Positions 12,624-24,341 of a stretch of DNA of 64,000 nucleotides are shown piece after piece. Position 1 is the stretch's first letter, and each line of letters opens with the position of its first letter. A program made the translations under genes and the position numbers. Source of the DNA: Torpedo marmorata (taxonomy: Eukaryota); NCBI GenBank assembly GCA_977017645.1, contig OZ360234.1, positions 65,658,001 to 65,722,000 of the forward strand. Reading direction: 5' to 3'. Below the pieces are notes generated by a model that saw nothing but the letters and a program-made list of their open reading frames with translations, was not told the origin of the DNA and made no database searches.

Positions 12624-14012
12624 CTGCAAGGATCTATAAAGAGAAAGTTGGAAAGCAACGGTTCACCCGCCAATCATGACAAAATCAGTGAACTTTCTGA
12701 TGGCGCATTCTCGGGCGAAGTTAAAAGGATCTGCCTGGACGATGTCAGTCTTCCGATGGGTCAGGGCGACGCACCCATTGTCCTTCGTCCAGATGTGCAC
12801 AACTCCTCGCTGCCAATTGGCCACCGTAGCCAGGCCCTGCAGAGTTCTGCCTCCATGGGGTCATCTTTGGGTTGTGTAACTCCAGGTACCAACGCCGGAC
12901 TCCTTGGTGGAAACCAAGCAAATGGTGGTGACATTACCTCACAGTTTTCTGTGACGTCCAACGCAGAGATGAAACCAAACGTCAGTGATGGACACAACAT
13001 GTTTTTTGACTCCAAAGCAGCCAACAATATCACCATGGATCCTGACTTGGTGGATCTGTTGGAAGAATTGACAAATATACCGAATTCTCCATTAAACGAA
13101 CTTGACATTTTGAGCACCAGGAGTGACCCTCTGAATTTGGGACTCGTGCAGACAAATCAGAGCACTACTCGGAAGTCATCTCCGCAAGCAGGCTCACACT
13201 TGGAGAACCCCATACCCAACAGGGAATTTTCTCCCAATTACAGTCAGGCAACAGGGGGTTCTCCTCAAAGGAGGCCACCTTCTGCCGGCACATCATATCC
13301 ATTATCGGCTCCACCCAATCCAATGCCGTTGCCGCTGTCCTCGGCATCTCAGAGTCAGGGTCCGAGCCAGAGCCAGCTGTCTGGGACTGGTGCCAGCCGG
13401 GTTGGAGCCAACTGGCATGAGTTGTCACACGCACAGCAGCTGAAGAAGATAGCAGCTAGCCAGCACCAGCGCTCTGTTTCCCAACAGTCTCACCCACAGC
13501 AAAGTCAGACGGCAAACTGGCCTCAGGTTCCCTCCTCTGGGCCTTCCCCACCTTATCAGCCGGACAAACTTCCCAGTCCCTCCCTGCACCAGCAGGCGTT
13601 CAGCCCTCCGAACTCAATCCTGCCCAGCATCCCTCCCACCACCAACCCTGCCAGCACGATGCAAAGTTACCTGTACAATAAGGTGCCCTCCAGCCAGCCT
13701 GCCCGCATTGCCATGTTGGCGCAACAGCAAGCCAGCCTGAGCCAGGGTCCCGTGAGTGAGAATGGCCTGCCAACGGAGCAGCTTTCGTTCAGCAACACCA
13801 AGCCACTGTCACATTTTGACCCTGACCTTCCCACGCAGAAGATGCCTTCGGTCGCTGGTGGTCAGAGCCAGCCTGCTGTGGTGCATTACATGCACCAAGC
13901 TCCCGCAGCAGTGCAGCAACCTCCACAGTCTGGTTCCATTCAGCAGCTGCCATTTCGTAACAAGTTCCAGATGCAGCATCTGAGAATGCAGAACAGCATT
14001 CAGCATTCGCCG
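12624..14012 (+). CDS. MAMLD1: Large internal coding exon (463 codons, phase 0-0) of a mastermind-like domain-containing protein (MAMLD1; MAML2 is the alternative)
   Basis: Acceptor ttttttattgctttatttttcag|CTG and donor CCG|gtaaga. Motifs KRICLDDVSLPMG, DLLEELT, GPSPPYQPDKLPSP and LSFSNTKPLSHF...QKMPS match recalled MAMLD1. LQGSIKRK and SHAQQLKKIAA match the MAML2/MAMLD1 family. No other exon is recognised in the window. Confidence 0.8.
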
Positions 14013-16764
14013 GTAAGAGAATTTCAGAATAAAATGCTACAGGTGATCTGATCTTGTGTTTGAATCTCTTGTAATCAATCAAAGGATAAACAGTCTGCTG
14101 AATTTTCCACCAAGAAAAGCACAAAGTACTGCACTTCATTTGAAGCCCCACTCCATAGAATTGAGCACAAAACCTTGGGTTGACTGTACTGACCAGAGCA
14201 AGTGTTTAATTGGTAGATGGATAGCCTTTTGGACGAGATTTTAAAATGTAGCCTTGTTGCCTTCCTTAGGTTAATGTAAAAGATTAGGGAAACAATTTCA
14301 AAGGGGAGCATTGGGGGTTATACCTGAAGTCCTGGTCAACACTTCTCCCTCATTCCGTGCAACTAAAACAAGCCATCACATCACAGGTTGTGAAGTTTGC
14401 AGGTTTGCTGTTTGTGCTTCAGAAATACGTCACTGTTTGTAAAATGCTTTGGTGCATTCTGAAAGGCACGATGTATATCTAATTCTGCATGTGCAGATGT
14501 CATTATAAAACATGATTGGAAAAATTACAACATTTTACAAAAAATAGTCAATTACAGCTTGAAAAGATCATTGCAAAATCATGTACGCCAGGCAGAAGGC
14601 AATTTCATGTAATATTACACATTCTGTATTATTACATGACATAAAGGAGTCTTGAATTGCCTTCCAAGAGTGAATGACATGGAATGTGCTCTTCGTGTTG
14701 ACCACTGAGGTGATCGCTATTTTCTGCTTCAAATTTCTGCCTTGTAAGTTACATGGTGGAAGAGAACGTCCTTCCTTCTTCCAGTATCCAGAAGGTGTGA
14801 ATTTTGTTGTGAGCCATCACCAGATCACAAAACAAATGTTTTCTTCCACCCCCCACCACCAAAAGAGCGCCAAGACTTCCTGGTGTTCCATGTAAATAGC
14901 TTTCCGCAAATCTTTAAATGGATTAAAGTTTTTCCTTTTCCTCAGGACACGGAATGCTTCATGAATTCTCCACGTCTTCCCACCTAAAGTGGCACACCCT
15001 TGCACAGAACTGCTCTCTCCCTTTGGATTCATTTCTACCAGTTGGAGCAGTCTGGGAATCGGTTGCTCTGCTGTTTTTAAAGAAGTCATTTCATTGAAGG
15101 GAAGAAAATATAATAAAAGCTTAGAGCAGTTTAAAGTGACTTCAGTATCAAAGGAGCTAGCAAACACCAAGTTTTTTGGTGTTTATATACAGTGTACTTG
15201 TGTGAGGATGCTGTTAAATTTCTGCGGAAATAACTCTCCCTCTCCCCTGTTTTGGAATCTGATTTGCTAATCCAGCAGCCCTGACGGCAGACAGTCGCTT
15301 GAAATAATGCAAGAAAAAATTGGCAATGTTGCTCAATTTCATTGAAATTCACAAACTCCTCTTGAGGAGATTTTCTGGCAGGAGCTGATACCGATCGTAG
15401 TGAGGATTCCCATAAGGTATCCCTTTCAAGCAACCTAGTAGGTAGAGTTCTATCATTCTTCTCTCCACATCAGACGTTGTAGGGGTTAACCCCATTTTCA
15501 CACCTAATCTAGGCAATTCTGATTAGCTAGGGCATCAAAGGTTATGGGGAGAAAGCTGGGCAGTGGGGCTGAGTGGGAATGTGGATCAGCTCATAGTTAA
15601 ATGGTGGGGCAGACTCGATGGGCTGAATAGCCTATTTCTGCTTCTATGTCTTATGGTCTTATACTCCAGTGTTGTGTTGGAAGGAGTACCACACAACCAG
15701 AGGGGCCAAACATCACCAGGGCTAAAGGGGCTAAATTATGAGGACAGATGGGAGAATGAGGGTTTTAACATGGGGTGATCTATTGAATTTGCTTAAAACA
15801 ATCAAAGGAGTTGTTGCAGTGGATGGAGAGAAATGGTCCCTTCTGGCAGTTGGGATTTGGAATAAAAACACAGAAATAGTTTGACACAGACTAGAAGGGC
15901 CAAAGGGCCTGTTTTCTGTGCTGTAATGTTCTATAGTCTCGCAGCGTCCATAGGAGGCAAAGATAGGAGCACAAACCAACAGACCACAGACAAAAGGTAT
16001 AAATTGGATATGGACAGGAGTTAGACCAATCTAGAATGATGCCAGGAAGTTATTCAAACACAGGACATGGAACTCTTTCCCACACCAGTCCCTCACCATT
16101 AACCAGCTCTAAAGATATATGGGTTAACGTTATCACAATTCACCATCATAAAAATAATTGTTAGATATTTGAAAATCAAAGAATTAAGGGTTATGTCAGA
16201 GGCTGTTAGTTGGAGTTGGGTACAAATCAGCTTTGAGGGAACGAGGTGATCGAATAGACATAGATAAAATAGGATGATAGGAAAGGTTTAGAGGGATACA
16301 GGCTGAACACGGGCAATTGGGACTAGCTGGGTTGGCATGGACAAGTTGGGCCTAAGGACCGTGCTGTAGGACCCGGTGACTCTAAGGCTCTATGACTTGA
16401 TAGCCAAATGGTCTTGTGTTCCTGAGTTCCTATCTGATCATCAACACTTTGCTGATCGTGGGACTTTGCTGTGTGCAAATCAGCAGCAGTCTTCCCTGCA
16501 TTACAACACTGACTGCTCTTCAGAGTAATTAATTGACGTAACACTTTGGGGGATGCTTCAAGGATGGGAAGGCGCTACCTACATGTAAGTCTTAATTCTA
16601 TTGCCCATGTCAGCTTTCAGAACATTACAAAGAAAAGGAATAAATTAGAGCCTCACCCACTACTGTCTAACTAATGTCAATGACTCCCCACGATCACAAA
16701 TTGGACCTCTGTGCCACAGATTGTGCAATCTCCTGTACTGAAGCAACAATAATTCAAAGGGCCA

Positions 16765-17550
16765 AATACACAAAAGTGCTGGAGAAACTCAGCAGGTCCT
16801 GCAGCGTCCATAGGAGGCACAGATATATATCCAATGTTTCGGGCCTGAACCCTTCATCAAGGTATGAGCAAAAAGTAGGCAGGCGCCTGAATAAAAAGGT
16901 GGGGGGAGGAGAGAAGAAGGGCAGGGGGAGGAGCACAGACAAACAGCCAAAAGGCCATAGGTGGGCATGGATAGAAAGGCAGGAGAGGAAAAGCTGAGAA
17001 TTGACTGGAGAAGGGCGGTAGCTCTTTAAATGCAGAACTGGAGGAAAGGAGACAGAGGGTGTGTGTGAGAGAGAGACAGATAGGCAAGGGGTGGGGAGCT
17101 GAAGGGAAGGAGACACAGAGATAGGGAAAAAGAGAGAAGGAGTGGGTAGGGGACCAATGGAAACCGGAGAATTTGATGTTAATGTCATCTGGTTGGAAGG
17201 TGTCCAGATGGAAAATGAGGCGTTGTTCCTCAATTTGCAGGTTGTCTCAATTTGGCAGTGCATGGGACCATGGACAGACATGTCAGCAAGGGAATGGGGC
17301 GGGGAATTGAAATGGGTTGCCACTGGGAGATCCCCGCTATTACAGCGGACAGAGCGAAGGAGCTCAAGTGTTCCTTCACTTGGAACGGCAGTTTGGGGCC
17401 CCGAATGGTGGTGAGGGACGAGGTGTGGGTGCATCTGTAGTATTTACTGCGGTCACAGGGGTAGGTACTGAGGGGCTGATTGGTGTGAAGGGAGGAGTGG
17501 ACGATAATCACAGAGGGAGCGGCAGGAGAGGGGAAGATGTGTCTGGTCTA
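16765..17550 (-). mobile_element. Penelope-like element 3' fragment with internal deletion
   Basis: Translation DLPVATHFNSPPHSLADMSVHG is typical of the PLE GIY-YIG C-terminus. Carries the same pLTR end with ttgatgaagggttcaggcccgaaac. Confidence 0.8.
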
Positions 17551-19134
17551 AGTGCAATGCTGATCCCAACACGGAGTGTGGCTGGAAAGGGTGCAGTCGT
17601 TCTCCTCCCCCTTTTATCCTCAGCACTTGGGCAGCGAGCTTCCTTTTGGGAGCGATACCAGCAGAGAGGTCAAAGTTCACGGCAAGGCAGAGTTTTGAGG
17701 GCGAAGGTATGTGGAAGTTAGCCAGCTGGAGAGGGAACAAAAAAGGCATGAAATCGGATCCACATAGCAGGCAGTGGAAACACAGTCCGCAGCTGCTGTA
17801 AGGCCTGGAACTTTTTTTTTCATGTGCATGTTCTTGTTGGTTCTGTGAATGGAAAGATGAGCGTTTTTATTTTAACAGAAATATGCCTGTATAAGTGCTT
17901 TTCATTATGCCTGTGACCAGTGTAGTGCCAGCAATATTTGGCCTCCAGGTTTCAACCTACACATTTAAAAAGCAATGAGGTAATAAAGAGCTCTTTTTTT
18001 TAGCCGCAGAGACTGTGTTGTCTGCCAGTGTAGAACGAGTGAGCTTATGTTCAAAATATTCTTGCTTCCTTTTAGGCTTTTAAGGAATGTCTAAATGTGC
18101 TGAGAATGCTTGAATTAAAAAGGAATTTCCACTCCTCCACCCTTCCCACCCCCACCACCTTGCACCCCTCCCCCCTCTTCTCATCACCCCCCACTCCCAC
18201 CCTCTCAAGCCTGTTTTTTTATAATTGGGACATTTGAACTATGGAGTAGACTTCTGAAACATATTGGGGAGAGGGGGAGGGGAAGCATAGCGAGAGGGAG
18301 AGGCAGACAGACAGAGAGAGGGAGAGACAGAGAGAAAAAGTGCAGGATTTGATTTCAAAAGGCCTGTGACAATGATAATGCCAGACTGCTTGCTTTTGAG
18401 GGTTGTATGCAGCTTCTGGATGAGCAGTAGCCCCTGCAGCTAATTGAGTGCCTTTGAATAAGCGAATAGAGGATGATGAATCAGTGCTGTCTGAGCAGTG
18501 AGCTAGAGGTTTGGCTCCTTGTTTTCCCACTGATGTTTTAGCAATGACTTGCTTCATGGCTGTTCAGTTGGTTCTCGTGTGTAGTTGTACTGCCCCAAGG
18601 GTCTGCCTTATATCCTATGTATTTGTATGAATAGGACTGTCATTCTGCAGATTGGGGAAAATGTATTGAACCTTTTGGCTTCAGTGATAGCCTTGAGTTT
18701 ACCTATTTTCCAAAGAAAAGTTTTAAAGTACACAGTGTTTTACAAAAAATAATATCCAGCCCCTCAGTAGGAAAAGACCCAGTGCAAAACAAAAGCTTCA
18801 AATCCTATTGAAAGTCAGCATTGCACATTTTGTATTTGGTTTATTCTAATCTGGGGGGAGTCATGTTTGGAGCCAGTTATTTTCCAGCAGTGCGTCAGGG
18901 TCTAAATTTGATGGCAGCTAACATTCCGTGGCACCTCGTGGCCAAGTGATTATGAGGAGTATCTGGCACACGGTTGTTTGGGGGATGAGGTGGGTCATTG
19001 GCAAGGGGGTTTAATTGTGGTGAGGGTAGAACTGAGAGGGTGAGCTGCGGAGGGAGTTGCCAATCCTTCAACCTCCTATGTTGCACTGCCTCCTGCTGTC
19101 TGGCACAGAACTGTCTTTGGATTGAAGGTTGGAT

Positions 19135-19630
19135 TCATCAATGCACTCATCCATCCATATCTCTGATTTTCTTCTTTACTTTTGTTCCTTTTGTTTTCTC
19201 TCTCTCTCTCTATATTTTTCTTTTATCTCTTCCATTTTTTTCCACTTATTTTCTCTTGCTCATTCTTTCACTTCCCACCTTCATTCATTACTTTCTCAAG
19301 TTCTCTTTCATGCTCCCTCTCATTTATTTTCTTTCTATCCTACATCCTATCTCAGTGGCCCATTCCCTCTCCCTCTCCCCTCTATTTTGCTCTTTATTGA
19401 TCTCTCTCTCTTACACTTCCTTTTTCTCATTCTCTTCCTCTTCTGTAATTTTCTCATTCCCTCTCTCTCCTCATTCCCCTTCCCTTTTTGCTCTGTCACT
19501 CATTCTCTCACATTCATTCCCACCCTTCTCTTACACACACTTTCACACAATCATTCTTACACTTTCACACAATCATTCTTTCACTCTCAATCATTCACTC
19601 ATTCTCTCTCTCACTCCCACTCTTTTACAC
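19135..19630 (+). repeat. Pyrimidine-rich low-complexity tract (degenerate CT/CATT/CA microsatellite)
   Basis: About 500 bp nearly devoid of G on the + strand. The overlapping F/S/L-rich ORFs are compositional artefacts. Confidence 0.85.
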
Positions 19631-20805
19631 AGAAGTGGTAAATAAGTATGGTGAACCCCCTGCTAGCGGACCAGAGTTTTTGTTCATTGGAAGACAAAAA
19701 TGTGATGGGGGAAATCCTTGCAAATTGAACACGTTATAAAGCACTCTCTCTGATCTAACTCACATTTTTCACACCAATGAAGAGTCATTGTAAACCCTGA
19801 TTGTGTTCAGTCGATTGGCCTTTACATCATTCAGATTTAGGTACTGCCCATGCAAGCGAGCCTATTGCATTAATCCCTGGGACACACTGTCCGGAAATCC
19901 TAATGTAGCTGAGTGGGGAGGACGTTGAAGAGGGCTGTTCAGCATCTGTTTCCCCTGCTTGAGAAGACTAAAAACATTTGGTTGATTTTGCTGAAGAAAT
20001 AGTTACAATTTAATTGATGCATTTAAAGGCAACAAAACAAGAGTGGCAATTTCAGACACTGGTGACAGGATCTCTGGTTAGTGGCCGCTGTTTGATCTTG
20101 GTAAAACATCACATAAATATTCCAGCAAGACAACAGCCTTACTCCAGTAACATATAGCAAGCCAAGCCACATCAAAGTGAAATGAGACATAAGCTGACAA
20201 ACTCTTAAATATACAAATCAAATGTTTCTTTTTATCCATTTCTTTTAGCCAGCAGAAAATTGTTCAGTTGGATTGTTTATGAAAACAGGAGAGAGAGGTT
20301 TTGTAGATGGAAAGTGTCGTTGAAAAGGACAGGAGCGGGCTGCAGGCAAATTGAATTTATTTTTTTGTTACACTATCTAAAAGTCACTGGTTTTGAAATG
20401 AAAATAAATTTCTGCAAAAAGCAGAAAGTTAACATTCAATTGCCCAGTTTCATTCTTCAGCTAATGGGAGAAGGACTTAGAACTGGAGATGGGGTTTTTG
20501 GAGAAATTCAGAGATGGTGGGTGGGGAAATGGTGATAATTGTAAACAGGAACTCGCTCTTGCTCATGAAACCTCAGCTTGTGAATAGGATGCAAAACAGA
20601 CATAGTTTCATAAGGCTGTGTAGGACCTTTGTGTACCTAGAACCCTGGAGATGAATCAGAGTTTAAATATCACTCCAGCATTTAATGACCAAACCTCACC
20701 TCATTAAGAAGAATAGTATGATCTAATTTTCATTAGTAAATGGACAGGGTTGTAGTTTTTTAGTAGTTTACTAGAAGTCAAGGAAATAAATCTTTATTTT
20801 AAGAA

Positions 20806-20946
20806 GTAAAACACAAAAGTCTGCAGACACCGTGGTTGAAGTAAAAACACAATGCTGGAGAAACTCAGCAGGTCAAACAGTGTACTTTATAGAGCAAAGA
20901 TAAAGATACATAACGAACGTTTCGGGCTTGAGCCCTTCATCGAGGT
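20806..20946 (-). mobile_element. Penelope pLTR solo fragment
   Basis: gtctgcagacacc...tgctggagaaactcagcagg...aacgtttcgggcttgagcccttcatcg, the same end as the other PLE copies. Confidence 0.75.
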
Positions 20947-21504
20947 TTATTTTGTCATTTTATTTTATCACTTCACCTTTATTTTAAGCCTGCAAAATAA
21001 AAGAAGTGTTATGATAATAAGCACTTGTTGAACACTAGGGTTTCAGAATGACTTTCCTCACCGGACGAAATATGTTTCCTGCTGCTATCTCAATGAACAC
21101 CATACACTCACCAAAACTTGCACTTCCTCAAAAAACATTGTGCAATTTTTATTCATGTTTTATTTTGCATTGACACCGTAACATCAACAATTTCTTCAAA
21201 GTCAAACATATTAAATTCTGCTCTATTCACAGAATTTACTTGGGGTGTACATTATGGACTGGATCTGCACAATCTGCCTGCAGTAAAGATCTACTAGAAA
21301 CATGGGTTAGAGCTCGTAGTATTGTTTGGTGAGGGGAAGGAAGGTATAGAATTTCTCCCCTAATCCTGGGGGACTTTCCTCAGTAGAGAATTTAATGGAG
21401 AATTCTGGAACAGAGCTATAGTTAGTTAAACACTATTCAGACTTCTGATTGGTGGAGAAACTGCCAATAAACAATATTTTAGTCAAACTCTATTTCCAAT
21501 TCTA

Positions 21505-21702
21505 TTTAACCCTGGTATCCAGCACCGATGGGGATTGGTAGATGCCTGATAAGTGAATTTTCCGTTTGCTTGAGATTGTGTGTTGCGTGGATTGGCGAAC
21601 TAATGGCGAGGCATGCCAATTTTAAACGTCCATATTTTTTACTATTTATTTTCCGCCATTTTTTGCCAGTTGCTTGAATTCCGGATAACAGGGGTTTTAG
21701 TG
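21505..21702. mobile_element. pogo/Tigger-type MITE, inverted relative to 11468 and 40499
   Basis: Reverse-complement similarity to 40499-40714. Right end is ccggataacaggggttttagtg|ta; left TIR is eroded. Confidence 0.75.
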
Positions 21703-21745
21703 TATATCTTTCAATGGGATGGTAAGTAATTTTGCACAGTCCACA

Positions 21746-22010
21746 TTAAATTTAAATTTAGACATACAGCACTGTAACAGGCCAATTCGGCCCTACGTGT
21801 CCGTGCCACCCAATTTACACCCCATTAACCTACACCCCGGTACGTTTTTGAAGTGTGGGAGGAAACTGGAGCCCCCGGAGAAAATCCACGCAGACACGGG
21901 GAGAGCGTATAAACTCCTTACAGACAGCGTGGGATTCGAACCCAGGTCCGGTCCCGATCACTGGCGCTGTAAAGGCGTTGCGCTAACCGCTACGCCAACC
22001 GTGCCGCCCC
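21746..22010 (-). mobile_element. tRNA-derived SINE, young CpG-rich full-length copy
   Basis: The minus strand begins ggggcggcacggttggcgtagcggttagcgc, has B box ggttcgaatccc and ends gtatgtctaaatttaaatttaa. Confidence 0.9.
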
Positions 22011-22877
22011 GCATATGGGATAGAGACATAGAGTTATAAAGGAAAGAAACATAATGGTTCAGTTTTCAAACCATTTTCATCTGAACAATGTGAGCAATGC
22101 GTTTTTCATTTTGAAATATAAAAAAATAATTCACCAAGAAACTAACATTGATTGTGTTGGCCACACCTTTCCCTTACTAAGGAACGACACAGTTATTAAT
22201 CCTTGTCATCCTTTGGGAGACAGGGAGCAAGAAGGGTGCCTGGGGGCAGTAGTGTTGCTGCAACTGGTAAAAGGTTGTTGCAGGTGAAGTCCCTCAAACA
22301 ACAGAGGGTGGGGTGGGGGAAGCGACAAGGTGCCACAGGGGTGGTAATGGTTTATTTAGAGAACAAACGTAACAATGTACATTGATGGGAATGTATAGAT
22401 ATGATTGACACTATGGGTGTGAAAAGAATTTGAACGGTTTTCTTTTTGTAAAGAATTTATTGCGAAGTCTATTGTTGGAAAAAAAACTGATAAAAGGTTG
22501 TTGGGGCTGAGACAACACAGAGGTGTGATCAGTAGATTCTGTTACTGTACTGAAAAATATACAGGATGAGAGGGTGTCGCGTGAACCTCAGTTCTTCATG
22601 ATTACCTTTGTAAAGAAATAGTGGCTCTTGCTAGCTGGGCTGATTTCCTTCCCATCCTTTATAACATGTTGTACTGTACAACAAGTGAAACAGTGCCTGA
22701 ATTTAGAAACAATTCCACCTTAGCAGCCCCATGATATAATCCTGGGCAGGGAATTTAAATTTGAAAACATCTACTCCGATTTCTTGTAATATGTTCCAGT
22801 TGTGCTTCGTTTGACTCATCAGATGTCTGTGTAGGAGCAATGATTGGACTCCAGTTTTCCTGAGTCTGGCCCATGTA

Positions 22878-23760
22878 TAGAACCATAGAGCCACAGAACA
22901 CTGCAGCACAAAAACAGGCCTTTCTGCCCATCTAGACTGTGCTGAATTATTTGTTCCATCTCATCCCATCGACCTGCACCTGGACCACGGGCCTCCATCC
23001 CCTCCCATCCATGTACCCTACCAATCTTCTCTTAAATGTTGAAATCGAACCCGTGTCCACTACCTCCACTGGCAGCTCATTCCACAGTCTCACCACCATC
23101 TGAGTGAAGGTTCTCCCTAATGTTTCCCTTCATCTTTCACCCTTAACCCATGTCCTCTGATTCTTGTCTCACCCAACCTCAGTGCAAAAAGCCTGCTTGC
23201 ACCTACCCTATCTATACCCCTCAGAATTTTGTATCCCTCCATCAAATCTCCCTCATTCTCCAATGTAACCTGTTCAACCTTTCCCTATAACTCAGCTCTT
23301 CAAGCCCTGGCAACATCCTTATAAATTTTCTCTGCGCTCTTTCAATATTATTGATATCTTTCCTGGAGGCATGTAACCAAAACTGCACACAATACTCCAA
23401 ATTTGGCCTCACCAATTTCTTATGCAACTTCCACATAACATCCCAACTCCTGTACTCAATACTTTGATTTATGAAGGCCAATATGCCAAAAGCTTTCTTG
23501 ACAATCCTATCTACCTGTGACATCACTTTCAAGTAATTATGTATCTGTATTCCCACATCCCTCTGTTCCAACGCACTCCGCAGTTCCCTATTGTTTACCG
23601 TGTAAGTCCTACCTTGGTTTGTCCTCTCAAAGTGCAACACCTCTCACTTGTCCGCATTAAATTCCTCCTGACATTTTGCAGCCTATTTTTCCAGCTGGTC
23701 CAGATCCTGCTGCAAGCTTTGAGAGCCTTTCTCGCTGTCCACTACATCTCCAATCTGCAA
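22878..23760 (-). mobile_element. CR1 LINE 3' fragment
   Basis: ORF 23242-23640 contains LVRPNLEYCVQFW...ELSYRERLNRL, the CR1 ORF2 C-terminus. Tail is (ctatgg)-like. Confidence 0.85.
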
Positions 23761-24341
23761 ATATACTACCCACATTCCACCTTGAACTTCCCTTTGGATC
23801 TGAAAGGACGGTCTCCATGGATAGTCCCAAGGCTAGGTGGTTGTGGGTCCTGGAGTGCTGTGGAGAGAGGCATAGGGTTGCAAGTAGTGGTCCCAGTTAC
23901 AATATTCCTCTTGAAGCATTTGACTGCAGCCCTGTAGCTCTGACCTCCAACTGTGTCAGCTGTTAAGGATTTTCCATATAATTGGATGTCTTTCACATCA
24001 AGAAGCACATAAAAATTACATAAAATCAAATACATTTTAAAATTTAAATAAAATTAAAGCAGAATCAATTGAATATATCTCTAAATAATAAGCAGGGCAC
24101 AAATAATGCAGCAAAGTAATTTATTCCTCCCTTTATTCTAAGTCCAACCCCCCACCCACTGCCTCCAGGTCTAACCCAGTGCAGGGTCTGTGAGCAGGTT
24201 CAGGTATGTGTAAGGGTCTGGTAACTGATTGCCACTTACGATGGGGAAGTGCTGGCAGTTTTGCAGCTACTGTCGAGAAGACGTAGCAAAATTTGAGGCA
24301 GATGTTTCCAAAATCAAATCTGATGGCCCAGGAAACAATCT

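Noticed and set aside
18998-19645. Hydrophobic 215-aa ORF resembling a membrane protein
   Set aside because: Caused by the pyrimidine-rich low-complexity tract, which lacks stop codons.
21930-22010. tRNA gene
   Set aside because: The A/B boxes belong to a SINE head followed by the SINE body and tail; no complete cloverleaf.
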